DNA of 24,000 bases, from assembly GCA_018653365.1 (NCBI GenBank), contig JABIAG010000001.1, forward strand, positions 137,031 through 161,030, in the 5' to 3' direction. The DNA comes from Candidatus Woesearchaeota archaeon. Its GTDB lineage: Archaea > Nanobdellota > Nanobdellia > Woesearchaeales > JABIAG01. The first letter of the stretch is position 1, and each line of letters opens with the position of its first letter. The position numbers and the translations under genes were made by a program. Below the pieces are notes generated by a model that did not search any database, was not told the origin of the DNA, and saw only the letters and a list, made by a program, of their open reading frames with translations. Shown piece by piece: positions 8,031 through 19,122 of this stretch.

Positions 8031-8633
8031 ATGAAAATACTGGCAGCTGGCGACATACATGGAGACACAAGAAGAGTACAAGAGCTAGCAGAACAAGCAG
8101 AAAAAGAACAAGTAGATCTAGTGGTGTTGTGTGGAGATCTAACTCAAAATGATGAGTCAACAAAAGGACTAATAGGGCCCTTTCTAAATAAAAATAAAAA
8201 AGTAGTAATCATACCTGGAAATCATGAAACCCTAGCAACTGCGGATTTTTTAGCACAATTATACGACGTAACAAACTTACACGGATACTCCATAAAGAAT
8301 AACAACATAGGATTATTTGGATGTGGCGGAGCAAACATTGGAACTGCACAATTAACAGAAAAAGAAATATTTGAAACGTTAAACCAAGGGTTCCAAAATG
8401 TAAAAGAATTAGAAAAAAAAATCATGATCACACATGTGCATCCAACAAATACAAAAATGGAAAAGTTCTCCGAATTTGTCCTAGGAAGTAAAGGAGTAGA
8501 AAATGCAGTAAGAACATTTAAACCAGACTTATTGCTATGTTCTCATGTCCATGAAGCAGAAGGAATAGAAGAAATGCTAGGTGGAACAAAAGTAATAAAT
8601 GTAGGAAGAACAGGTAAAATAATTAATATTTAA
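8031..8633 (+). CDS. Calcineurin-like metallophosphoesterase
   Basis: Metal-binding motifs GDIHGD, CGDLTQND, PGNHE, ITHVHPT and CSHVHEAEG. Confidence 0.92.
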   Translation: MKILAAGDIHGDTRRVQELAEQAEKEQVDLVVLCGDLTQNDESTKGLIGPFLNKNKKVVIIPGNHETLATADFLAQLYDVTNLHGYSIKNNNIGLFGCGGANIGTAQLTEKEIFETLNQGFQNVKELEKKIMITHVHPTNTKMEKFSEFVLGSKGVENAVRTFKPDLLLCSHVHEAEGIEEMLGGTKVINVGRTGKIINI

Positions 8634-8908
8634 TACATCACAATTTCAGAACTTTCTTCAGGCTTTTCATCATCCTTTTTCTCATCAACAGCATCCATGA
8701 ATGCTCCAACATTAGGAAGATCTGCACTTACATTTTTCTCCGCAGGACTAGAAAAAACATCTGCAACATTTGGATATTCAACATTGGAAGAACTCGATTC
8801 AATAGTTGAATTAGACAAGGGTTCAGAACCAACTAACACATTTAACAAATGAATAACCTTTTTAATCTCATGATGAGAATCTTCTTTAGTATCGATAGTG
8901 ATCTTCAT
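8630..8908 (-). CDS. Hypothetical small acidic protein
   Basis: 92-aa ORF convergent with the metallophosphoesterase, overlapping it by 4 nt; acidic low-complexity C-terminus. Confidence 0.45.
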   Translation of the reverse strand: MKITIDTKEDSHHEIKKVIHLLNVLVGSEPLSNSTIESSSSNVEYPNVADVFSSPAEKNVSADLPNVGAFMDAVDEKKDDEKPEESSEIVMY

Positions 8909-8961
8909 ACTGTATCATAAGAAAAGATGTATTTAAATTATTTGTTTTTAAAAAGCAAACC

Positions 8962-8970
8962 TTTATAAAT
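8962..8970 (+). promoter_or_regulatory. Candidate TATA box of the rRNA operon
   Basis: TTTATAAAT in an AT-rich gap upstream of the 16S processing arm. Confidence 0.4.
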
Positions 8971-9074
8971 CCCTTCTAAATTCTCAGTTTTATAACAATC
9001 ACCTTCTCTCAAAGGCAAACCGTCTTTGAAATAACACAAAAAACATGAGTGCTTGACTTAATAGTTAAGTATAA

Positions 9075-9092
9075 TGTAAATTGAAACAAACC
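9075..9092 (+). other. 5' arm of the 16S pre-rRNA processing stem
   Basis: TGTAAATTGAAACAAACC is complementary (one G-U wobble) to 10715-10732 GGTTTGTTTCAATTTGCA downstream of the 16S. Confidence 0.75.
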
Positions 9093-9207
9093 CGTTGATT
9101 GATTAAATCAAAAATTCAAGTGCAAATTTTTGATGTTCATGAAATCTGTTTCATAAACAATCAATCTAACAAATCTTTTAACTTCAAAAGCAAATTGCGA
9201 TAGCTTC

Positions 9208-10672
<1,465 letters not shown>

Positions 10673-10714
10673 TTATTTTTTTATTATAATTTATTGTAAT
10701 AAAGTAATAAACTT

Positions 10715-10732
10715 GGTTTGTTTCAATTTGCA
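10715..10732 (+). other. 3' arm of the 16S pre-rRNA processing stem
   Basis: GGTTTGTTTCAATTTGCA, complementary to 9075-9092. Confidence 0.75.
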
Positions 10733-10744
10733 CTCATATTCATC

Positions 10745-10851
10745 GGGCCTGTAGTTCAACGGTAGAACGTCGCCCTTGCATACGCGAAACGGACATCCGA
10801 TCTTCGCATCCAGAGAGGCGGAGGTTTCGGGTTCAAATCCCGACGGGTCCA
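10745..10851 (+). tRNA. tRNA-Ala(UGC) with a 35-nt intron (10781..10815)
   Basis: Exons 10745-10780 and 10816-10851 give GGGCCTG TA GTTC AACGGTA GAAC G TCGCC CTTGCAA GGCGG AGGTT TCGGG TTCAAAT CCCGA CGGGTCC A. All stems pair, anticodon is TGC, and the G3-U70 alanine identity pair is present. Confidence 0.95.
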
Positions 10852-10969
10852 TTCATACTCATTTATTAAAATTCATCGAGAATTTAAACCTCTTGATGAA
10901 AGGAGGAGTTGTAATCTTACTCAAGAATAACTCATTTTTGAGCAGCGCTTTGTCTGCTGAATTACAATA

Positions 10970-10985
10970 ATGAAGCCATGCATAG
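10970..10985 (+). other. 5' arm of the 23S pre-rRNA processing stem
   Basis: ATGAAGCCATGCATAG is the reverse complement of 13893-13908 CTATGCATGGCATCAT at 15 of 16 positions. Confidence 0.8.
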
Positions 10986-10989
10986 TAGA

Positions 10990-13885
10990 GTGTTCGGATT
11001 AAGCTATTAGGTGGATGACTTTGCTCAAAAGTCGAGGAAGGACGCGACAAGCAGCGATATGCTTTGGGGAGTGGCAAGTACACTTTGATCCAAAGATTTC
11101 TGAATGAGACTTCTCATCAGATCCTTCGGGATGGATAACGCGGGGAAGTGAAGCGTCTCAGTACCCGCAGGAAAAGAAATCAACCGAGATGTTGTTATTA
11201 TCAGCGAGAGAAAGCAACGAAAGGCAAACTGAATCTTTTATAGAAATATAAAAGAGATGTGGTGTTTGGACTGTTATAATTTGTCGCATTTAGACCTGAA
11301 ATTTTCTGGAAAGAAATGCTAAAGAGGGTGATAGCCCCGTAAGGGAATAATTGCATGAATAGACAGGATCCAGAGTACTACTACTTTGATATGTGGTAGG
11401 AATGTAGGAGTCATCAACTTCTAACCTTAAATACTATTTGAGTCAGATAGCAAACAAGTACCGTGAGGGAAAGTTGAAAAGGACCCCTAACAGGGAGTCA
11501 AAAGACCCTGAAACCTAATAGCGATAGTTTGGTACGGCTTTACGAAGTTGTACCGTAAGTTTTGAATAACTTGCCAGGGAGTTTATTAATGTGGCGAGAC
11601 TAACCAAACGGGAGTCGAAGGGAAACCAAAGACCGCGCAGGTAACGAGGCGGTTAGGTGTGAAAGTGCCTATAGTCACATTAGTTTAACCCGAAACCGGA
11701 CGATCTAATCCTGGGTAAGGTGAAGTAAGAGTAAGATCTTATGGAGGCCTGAAGAGATGCTACGTGCAAGTGCTCTTCTAACCTGGGATTAGGGGTGAAA
11801 AGCCAATCGAGTCCGGTGATAGCTGGTTCCTATTAAAATTGGCCTTAGTCAAGTCTTGACCGAGATAGCCAACACTGTAGAGATACGGATCTAAGATTTT
11901 TGCCTGGAAACGGGTGGGTCTTTCGTCCAACTCCGAAGGTGTTGGCATTGTAGACGTCAGGAAACGGCGTATCGATTTAAGGTCGGTGCGCGAGAGGGGA
12001 ACAACCCAAACTGTAGTTAAGGCCCCTAAATACTGTTTAAGTGTTAAAGGGTGAAAAGTGTCGTTAGCCATAGACAGCAAGGAGGTTGGCTTAGAAGCAG
12101 CCTTCCTATAATAAGTGCGTAACAGCTTACTTGTCGAGGTTAACGGCCTTGAAAATGGACGGGACTAAATCAGTTGCCGATACTACAGATCACTGCAAAG
12201 TGTATGGTAAATAGGTGTACTGTTTGAGTAGAAGCTCTTCTGAAAAGGAGGGTGGATCGGGTAGTAATAAGAATCCTGGTGGTAGTAAGAGCGAAGCAGA
12301 GTGAGAATCTCTGTCACCGAAAGGGCAAGGGTTTCTTGGCAATGAAAATCAGCCAAGAGTAAGTTGGTCCTAACCTCCATCACAAGTTGATGGGAGGGAA
12401 AGGGAAAAAGGTTAATATTCCTTTACGCTTTAAGTATAAGTGGCAACACAAGTTTTTTTGCTAACGCTTTGGAATAGGCTGACACAAATTATCGTTTGTG
12501 TTAACGAGAATAAATCAAAGGAGTATCGTTATGATGAGAATTTGATTAAATCTCGGAATAGTGGTTCTAAAGAATCATTCAGTTGATTTCTTGAGCCCCT
12601 GAAAAGGCAAAAATTCAGATCTTAAAGTGCCATACCCAGAACCGGTACAGGTGCCCCTGGGTGAGAAGCTCAAGGTGTAATGGTATAATCCGACTAAGGG
12701 AATTCGGCAAATTGGCCCCGTATCTTCGGTACGAGGGGTCCCTGTGGTTGTGTAATTTTATGTTATGCAATTGCAGGGCGCAGAGACTAAGGAGGTCCGA
12801 CTGTTTAACAAAAACTTAACCTTCTGCTAGCCTGTAAAGGTGCGTATAGAAGGTGACGTCTGCCCAGTGTCAGTATCTCAAACTTTCTTTCAAGGAAGCT
12901 AAGGACTGATAAACGGCGGGGGTAACTATAACTCTCTTAAGGTAGCGAAATGCCTTGTCGTTTAATTGACGACTCGCATGAATGGCGTAACGAGATCTCC
13001 ACTGTCCCTAGTTGGAAGCCACTGAACACTCTATCCTGGTGCAAAGGCCAGGGATCTCCAGTGGGAAGCGAAGACCCCGTGAAACTTTACTGTAGTTTGT
13101 CGTTGTGATGTTAGTTCTATTGCATAGTGTAAGTGGGAGCTGTTTGAATCATGCATTTTCGGGTGTATGTTAGGCACTAATGTAACACCACTCCTTAGAA
13201 TTGGCGTTGCTTACTTGTTTACAAGGACATCGACTGATGGACAGTTTGGCTGGGGTGGCACCCCGCCGAAAAAATATCGGCGGGGCCCTAAGGTTAGCTC
13301 AGACGGGTTGGAAATCCGTTGTAGAGTGCAAGAGCAAAAGCTAGCCTGATTGGATCTTTAATATGACGAGTTCCAAACACGAAAGTGTGGTCTAGCGAAC
13401 CTCTATGTCCTCATTGATGGGGGCTAGAGATGACCGAAAAGTTACTCCGGGGATAACAGAGTTGTCGCGCCTGAGAGCTCATATCGACGGCGCGGTTTGC
13501 TACATCGATGTCGGCTCTTCCTATCCTGGATGTGCACAAGCATCCAAGGGTGAAGGTGTTCACTTATCAAAAGGGATCGTGAGCTGGGTTCAGTACGCTG
13601 TGAGGCAGTATGTTTGATATCTACTGGAGATGTAGAATGTCTGAGAGGAAGGATCTTCTAGTACGAGAGGAACGAAGAATCGAAGCCACTGGTCTACCGG
13701 TTATCTGATAAGGTATGCCGGGCAGCTACGCTTTAAGAGATAAGTGCTGAAAGCATCTAAGCACGAAACTCACCTCAAAAAGAGACATTTTCGGGATTCC
13801 TGTAAAAGACAGGTTTGATAGAACCAATGTGTAAGTTTTAAGGCAACAAGAAATTCAGCATGTGGTTACTAAACGTCCCTACCAG
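10990..13885 (+). rRNA. 23S ribosomal RNA (archaeal; ends approximate)
   Basis: 5' AAGCTATTAGGTGGATGACT, GGTTAGGTGTGAAAGTGCC, GGGGTGAAAAGCCAATCGAG, ACTATAACTCTCTTAAGGTAGCGAAATGCCTTGTCG, TCGATGTCGGCTC and sarcin-ricin loop TAGTACGAGAGGAACG. Confidence 0.97.
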
Positions 13886-13892
13886 AATATTT

Positions 13893-13908
13893 CTATGCAT
13901 GGCATCAT
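13893..13908 (+). other. 3' arm of the 23S processing stem, followed by a T-rich tract
   Basis: CTATGCATGGCATCAT pairs with 10970-10985 and is followed by TTTTTTTCTTTT, a possible operon termination region. Confidence 0.75.
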
Positions 13909-14086
13909 TTTTTTTCTTTTAAATTAAATGATTTTTCATAAACAATTTTTTATAATAGCGATAGCGCTTTTATTTACTTGAAAGTTTTTCAATGTTTTTG
14001 TAAACTTTTCAATAATTTCTAACAAAACTTTATTAAAAATAAAAAGTGTTGTTGTTTTATCGTCGAGAGATGTTTGAGGTGATAAA

Positions 14087-15373
14087 ATGAAAAAATTATT
14101 TTGTTTAGCGATAGCTATGTTAGTTTTGCCTTTAGTTTTAGCTGTGCGAATTGAGGAAGTGTATTATGATCCTGTTGAAACTGAGTCTGGAGGCGAGGCT
14201 GTTGTTCTTTACAATCCATTGGATTTGGCAGTGGATATCTCTGGGTGGACAATAAAAACAGAAACTTCTGATGCTGATGTGATTTTGCCATTAGAAGCTG
14301 TTATTGGCGCTCAGGGATATTATTTAATTACAGATATTGGTTGGGATGAAAGTAAAGATGATGAAATGTGGAACGGTGCAGATTATGAAGAGGCGATGAC
14401 CTTGGGAAATAGCGATGCAGGTGTAGCTTTAGTTGACTCTTTGAGTCAGATTGTTAGTAGTGTTGGTTGGGGAGATAGTTCAGAAATAGAATCAGGATTG
14501 TATGAAGGCAGTCCTGCAGTTGATGTCGAACCTGGAAGTTCTTTGTTACGTGTTCAGAGTTTGGGAAATAATTTTGTTGATTTTGTTAGTTCTTCACCTC
14601 AATTAAATTCAGGTAGTTCTGATGGAAATGAAACTCATCAAGGCATAGTCATTAATTTAAATGTTTTAGACTATTCTGTAAGTGTTGATTGGGTTAATAT
14701 AAGTCCTGATGCGTTTGGAGATGAGGGAGTGCAAGTCTTATTGAATCCTGGACGAGAAAAAGAGATTATTATAACTTCTATGATTACTCACGAGTTTAAT
14801 TATAGTTTTATTGAAAATGTAACTGTTAATAATCAAAGCATGGTTTTAATGGATGTCGTTAATAAAACTAGTGCAATTTTTGAATTAAAGTTAGATTTAA
14901 ATTATAGTATTCTGCCAGGAAGTTATGATGTGCTGGTTTTTGTTGGAGAAGAACAAAAGTCTAATAATTATGAAATATTGAGCTTGATGGCAATAGATGT
15001 TGATGTTGAAGAATTGAATCTTGAAGTTAAAGAAAAAAACTTGCGTTATGCACTTCTTGGAGATCAAAATTGGAATGTTGGAGATAAACCATCCATTAAG
15101 AATATTGGTAATGTTGGGCTTGATTTGGGTGTTAAGGCTACAGAGTTAGTGGGTGAAGATGCAAACTTTTTATTGGAAAACGTCAGATACTCTTTTAATA
15201 ACGACTTTTACTCAAGTAAAGCAGGACAATTATCAACAGAACTCGAAATTGTTAACCTGAATCTAGAACCGGCAGACATTAACGAGTTTGGGTTGGAATT
15301 TTTTGTAACGGAAGAAGTTGAGAAAGGAAGTTATGAAGGAAAAATAATGCTTTCTGCTGTGAGTTCTGAATGA
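14087..15373 (+). CDS. Secreted lamin-tail-domain (LTD) protein
   Basis: Signal peptide MKKLFCLAIAMLVLPLVLA, then an LTD-like segment VRIEEVYYDPVETESGGEAVVLYNPLDLAVDISGWTIKTETSDADVILPLEAVIGAQGYYLITD...LGNSDAGVALVD, then beta-rich regions. Confidence 0.8.
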   Translation: MKKLFCLAIAMLVLPLVLAVRIEEVYYDPVETESGGEAVVLYNPLDLAVDISGWTIKTETSDADVILPLEAVIGAQGYYLITDIGWDESKDDEMWNGADYEEAMTLGNSDAGVALVDSLSQIVSSVGWGDSSEIESGLYEGSPAVDVEPGSSLLRVQSLGNNFVDFVSSSPQLNSGSSDGNETHQGIVINLNVLDYSVSVDWVNISPDAFGDEGVQVLLNPGREKEIIITSMITHEFNYSFIENVTVNNQSMVLMDVVNKTSAIFELKLDLNYSILPGSYDVLVFVGEEQKSNNYEILSLMAIDVDVEELNLEVKEKNLRYALLGDQNWNVGDKPSIKNIGNVGLDLGVKATELVGEDANFLLENVRYSFNNDFYSSKAGQLSTELEIVNLNLEPADINEFGLEFFVTEEVEKGSYEGKIMLSAVSSE

Positions 15374-15792
15374 AATTATTTTTGTTGTTTTTATTTTTTT
15401 TAAGTTTTGAATTAGTTAGTGCAGGGTTTGGTGTATCACCGAATAAGATAATTGATGCAGGAGAAGTCTATGTTATTAATGCAGATGAGTACGAAACCGA
15501 ATATGTATTAAAACCTAGTGAGGGAGTATCTATTAGTGAAACCTCTATTTTGGTTGCTGCCAAAGGAAAAGAAAAAATTAAGATAAAAACAAGTGAAGGT
15601 GGAACTGTCGAAATAATTGAAAAAAAAGAGGGGCTTTCTTCAAGCATCATTATTCCTGTAGAATCTACTGCATCTAATATTGAATTTTATGCTGCTAATG
15701 ATAAATCAGGGGGTTGGCTGGGAGTGATAGGGATTAATGTGGTTGGTTTGTGTTTGGTGGGGGTTTTAAAATGGAAGAAAAAACTCTTTTAG
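15370..15792 (+). CDS. Exported/membrane-anchored protein with C-terminal TM segment
   Basis: ATGA overlap with the LTD gene; signal peptide (MKLFLLFLFFLSFELVSA), beta-rich ectodomain, C-terminal TM plus Lys-rich tail. Confidence 0.7.
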   Translation: MKLFLLFLFFLSFELVSAGFGVSPNKIIDAGEVYVINADEYETEYVLKPSEGVSISETSILVAAKGKEKIKIKTSEGGTVEIIEKKEGLSSSIIIPVESTASNIEFYAANDKSGGWLGVIGINVVGLCLVGVLKWKKKLF

Positions 15793-16103
15793 TGTTTTCT
15801 ATTATTCTATTTTGTTTTGGGGTATCTATGCTTTATTTAATTTATTCTACTACCGATGTTTCCGAAGTTAAGGATATGCGAGTTCATATGGGAGAAACAG
15901 TCAAGGTTTATGGTGAGGTCGTTCGTGTAAATGTACGCGATGGTGTGACCTTTATTGATATTAAACGAGAACAAATAGTTCAAATTGTCTTTTTTGAAGA
16001 AATGGACTTGGGTTTATACTCTGATGTAGAAATTATTGGTGAAGTTGCAAAGGGAATGCACGGTTACGAATTATTAGGAAGAGAAATTAAAAAAATAAAA
16101 TAA
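15771..16103 (+). CDS. Membrane-anchored OB-fold-like protein
   Basis: The listed ORF begins at 15750, but ATG 15771 (MEEKTLLVF) looks the better start. N-terminal TM then an OB-like segment (GETVKVYGEVVRVNVRDGVTFIDIKREQIVQIVFFEEMDLGLYSDVEIIGEVAKGMHGYELLGREIKKI). Confidence 0.7.
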   Translation: MEEKTLLVFSIILFCFGVSMLYLIYSTTDVSEVKDMRVHMGETVKVYGEVVRVNVRDGVTFIDIKREQIVQIVFFEEMDLGLYSDVEIIGEVAKGMHGYELLGREIKKIK

Positions 16104-16109
16104 AAAGAA

Positions 16110-16427
16110 TTAATCTGCTAGCGCTAGATCGTTGTTTGAAATTGGAATGTTATCCCCTGTTTTGAAATCTTTTTTATTCAAAATGTTTGGGATTATTTTA
16201 AGTCCTTTAGCTAAAGGCCAATCAAACCAAGCTAGACTAAATCTATCAGGGGTTAGTCGTTTGTCGATAAATTTAACAGTAACACCGGGCATTTTTCGAC
16301 CTTCTGTGGTCATAACGCTTCCACCAGTTTCGTCTTTTCCTGCAGTTCGACTCATTTCTCCTAAACTCACGTGAGTAAGTTCATGAAATGTAAGTTTAAC
16401 AATCCTATATTCTTTTGCAAATTTCAT
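16110..16427 (-). CDS. Hypothetical protein (105 aa)
   Basis: Intact ORF with protein-like composition, closely packed between neighbours. Confidence 0.5.
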   Translation of the reverse strand: MKFAKEYRIVKLTFHELTHVSLGEMSRTAGKDETGGSVMTTEGRKMPGVTVKFIDKRLTPDRFSLAWFDWPLAKGLKIIPNILNKKDFKTGDNIPISNNDLALAD

Positions 16428-16485
16428 TTTTCAGCCTCCAATAAGCTCGATAGTTAAAATCTGTAGTTGAGGTATATAAACTTTT

Positions 16486-17163
16486 TTAATTTGTATAAGA
16501 TATTTTAGACTTTTCAAAATGGAATATTTGTTCAGGAGTGGTTATTTTCTTTTTCTTCATAATGTCAAGAAAATTTTGAAATACCTGATTTGTAACTTGG
16601 ACATCGCTCATTGCTCTGTGTTCTTGGTTATTTATTATGTTAAAATGATCACAAATAACTGATAGTTTTTTACTTTGAAGATCTGGAAGAAGTCTGTTAG
16701 CTAATTTTCTAGTACAAAGTTTTTGGTTATTGAATTCTTGTTTTAGATGTCTTAATGCATTTTGGTGTAAAAATCCATGATCAAATGTAGCATTGTGTGC
16801 AATTACTGTGTGATCTTCAAGAAAGTTAAGAAAATGAGGTAGGGCTTTTTTTATTGGTGGAGCATCTTTTACTAATTCGTTATCAATTCCGGTGAGTCTT
16901 GTTATAAAGCGAGGAATTGGCACTTTTGGATTAATTAAGGTCTGAAATTCATCTATTACTTTGTTATCTTTCACTTTAACTGCAGCAAGTTCAGTAATTT
17001 GATGAAAGTGTTTGGATAAACCCGTTGTTTCAATATCTACTACAGCATACTCTTTTAACATCAATTGACTTTTGAATAGATCTTTAATAAATATTTTGGT
17101 AGTTGATTTCTGAAAACTTTTCAAAAAAATAAGAATTCTTTCAACTTTTTTGAGATGAAACAT
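16486..17163 (-). CDS. DEDDh 3'-5' exonuclease (DnaQ/PolC-epsilon-like)
   Basis: ExoI VVDIETTGL, ExoII HNATFDHGFL, ExoIII-like EHRAMSDVQVTNQVF. The likely true start is ATG at 17061 (MLKEYAVVDIETTG). Confidence 0.9.
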   Translation of the reverse strand: MFHLKKVERILIFLKSFQKSTTKIFIKDLFKSQLMLKEYAVVDIETTGLSKHFHQITELAAVKVKDNKVIDEFQTLINPKVPIPRFITRLTGIDNELVKDAPPIKKALPHFLNFLEDHTVIAHNATFDHGFLHQNALRHLKQEFNNQKLCTRKLANRLLPDLQSKKLSVICDHFNIINNQEHRAMSDVQVTNQVFQNFLDIMKKKKITTPEQIFHFEKSKISYTN

Positions 17164-17183
17164 ATAAACATTTCATACATTAT

Positions 17184-18392
17184 GTGTATATGTTTTATGA
17201 ATTATTATTGGGTATTGGTTTGGGAATTGTGGGGGGAACAATTACTGGATTGATTCCAGGAATACATGTAAATCTCATAACCATACTTGTCTTATCTTAT
17301 GTTAGCTCACTACTAAGTTGGTTTTCTGTATTTACGATAGGTTGCTTTATAATTTCTCTTTCTGTAACACATACTTTTTTAGACGTGCTTCCTGCAATTT
17401 ATTTAGGAATGCCCGATTCAGCCACGGCATTGGGTGTTTTGCCAGGACATAGATACTTGTTAAAAGGTTGGGGTTACATGGCAGTAAAATTAACTTTGAT
17501 AGGCAGTTTTTTTGGTCTGATTTTTGGGGTTTTATTAATACCTTTGTTAATTCTTGTTGTTAAACTATCCTATCCGATTCTAAAGAGTTTAATGGTAATA
17601 ATTCTGTTAAGTGTGTTTGTTTTTATGGTTATTAAAGATAGGAAGAAAGGTTGGTCTATTTTTGTTTTTATTTTATCTGGAGTCTTGGGGTGGCTGGTTT
17701 TAAATACATATAATTTAAAATATCCTCTATTTCCGTTATTGACAGGAATCTTTGGGGTTTCTACTTTGTTGTTTAGTATTAGAAGTACCAGTACAATTCC
17801 TGAGCAACTGATAAGCTCTGAAATAAAATTAAAACATAAAGTTGTGATTAAATCACTTTTTGCCGCGGTGTTAGCGGGATTTTTAACCTCTATGCTTCCG
17901 GGAATTGGTTCATCGCAAGGAGTAGTTATAGGTAAAGAATTTGCAAGAAATGCGGGGGATCATGGGTTTATGGTTATTCTGGGAGGAGTCAATACTGTAA
18001 ACTTTGTTCTATCTTTGGTTACCTTGTTTGTGTTGAGTAAGGCACGTAATGGTGCGGTAGTTGCAGTGCAGGAGTTGATTGGTCAAATCGGGTTGAACCA
18101 ATTATTAGCATTTATTGCAGTGGCACTAATCGTTGGAGGTGTGGGTGTTGGGCTGACGTTGTTTTTGGGGCGAGTATTTAGTGGAATTATTTCTAGGGTT
18201 AATTATAGAGGCCTGGTTTTTAGTGTGGTGTTGTTTATAATTGTATTAACCCCTTTTGTTTCAGGATTTAAAGGGTTATTAATATTGTTTACAGCAACTG
18301 TTCTGGGTTTAATCCCCGCAATAGTTAAATGTTCAAGAACACATGCGATGGGTTGTTTAATGATTCCAGTAATGTTATGGTTTTTAGTATGA
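17184..18392 (+). CDS. TctA-like multi-TM permease family protein
   Basis: Polytopic protein with GTITGLIPGIHVN, LPAIYLGMPDSATALGVLPGHRYLLKG and a repeated second half GFLTSMLPGIGSSQGVVIGKEFA, typical of the TctA-type inverted duplication. Confidence 0.75.
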   Translation: MYMFYELLLGIGLGIVGGTITGLIPGIHVNLITILVLSYVSSLLSWFSVFTIGCFIISLSVTHTFLDVLPAIYLGMPDSATALGVLPGHRYLLKGWGYMAVKLTLIGSFFGLIFGVLLIPLLILVVKLSYPILKSLMVIILLSVFVFMVIKDRKKGWSIFVFILSGVLGWLVLNTYNLKYPLFPLLTGIFGVSTLLFSIRSTSTIPEQLISSEIKLKHKVVIKSLFAAVLAGFLTSMLPGIGSSQGVVIGKEFARNAGDHGFMVILGGVNTVNFVLSLVTLFVLSKARNGAVVAVQELIGQIGLNQLLAFIAVALIVGGVGVGLTLFLGRVFSGIISRVNYRGLVFSVVLFIIVLTPFVSGFKGLLILFTATVLGLIPAIVKCSRTHAMGCLMIPVMLWFLV

Positions 18393-18438
18393 AAAAGTTT
18401 TTATAGTTTGTTAATTGGGTTTTCAATGGTGATAAAAA

Positions 18439-18831
18439 ATGTCAAAATCTGAAATGATTGGTTTTGCAGCGTTAATATTGGTAATTGTGATAATTATTGC
18501 GTTAATGATGTGGGGACTACCTAAATATGGAATTTATAAATTAGAATTACAGGGAAAAGCAGATCTAAAAGAGGCAGAATGGAGTAAGCAAATTCTTATT
18601 GAGGAAGCAAGAGCTTTGCGAGATGCAGCTAAGTTAAGAGCAGAAGCTGAAGTAGAACGAGCAAAAGGCGTAGCAGAAGCTAATAAAATAATTGGGGACA
18701 GTTTAGCGAATAATGATGCATATTTACGTTATTTGTGGATACAAGGATTGCATGACGGAAGTAGCGAAGTAATTTATATTCCAACAGAGGGCAACCTTCC
18801 AATATTAGAAGCAACAAGAAATGTTAGATAG
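18439..18831 (+). CDS. Single-TM protein with coiled-coil region resembling SPFH/band-7 protein C-termini
   Basis: N-terminal TM, then Ala/Glu-rich helix EEARALRDAAKLRAEAEVERAKGVAEANKIIGDSLANNDAYLRYLWIQGL. Confidence 0.55.
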   Translation: MSKSEMIGFAALILVIVIIIALMMWGLPKYGIYKLELQGKADLKEAEWSKQILIEEARALRDAAKLRAEAEVERAKGVAEANKIIGDSLANNDAYLRYLWIQGLHDGSSEVIYIPTEGNLPILEATRNVR

Positions 18832-18900
18832 GTTTAACATAACATTTTTAAACATTGTTTTTAATATTTTATTACTTTTTTTTAAAAAGGGGTGATAAAC

Positions 18901-19071
18901 ATGGCAAAAGAAAAACCAGAATGTAAAGGATTTGGATTTATTTTAATCTTGGCAGGAATATTGTTTTTACTGCAAGATTTGAACGTATGGAACTTTTGGG
19001 GATTAAGTTGGTACACTGTAACGTTAATCGTAGTAGGTATTAAGTTTGCAGTAATGGCAGTTAATAAATAG
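18901..19071 (+). CDS. Small membrane protein (56 aa)
   Basis: GGGGTG upstream of ATG; manual translation MAKEKPECKGFGFILILAGILFLLQDLNVWNFWGLSWYTVTLIVVGIKFAVMAVNK*, two predicted TM segments. Absent from the supplied ORF track. Confidence 0.6.
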   Translation: MAKEKPECKGFGFILILAGILFLLQDLNVWNFWGLSWYTVTLIVVGIKFAVMAVNK

Positions 19072-19122
19072 TTTTTTTTAAAATATAAAACTATATAACT
19101 TAATTCTTTTTTTATTTTTATT

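Noticed and set aside
10776-10970. 64-aa plus-strand ORF starting in the tRNA-Ala anticodon loop
   Set aside because: It runs through the tRNA intron and 3' exon; explained by the intron-containing tRNA.
12410-12600. AT-rich stretch in the 23S as a possible rRNA intron or insertion
   Set aside because: It sits in a region expected to be variable in 23S and total gene length is ordinary, so no intron is required.
16118-16127. Perfect 10-bp palindrome CTAGCGCTAG
   Set aside because: Lies inside the C-terminal coding part of the 16110-16427 ORF and is isolated; likely coincidental.
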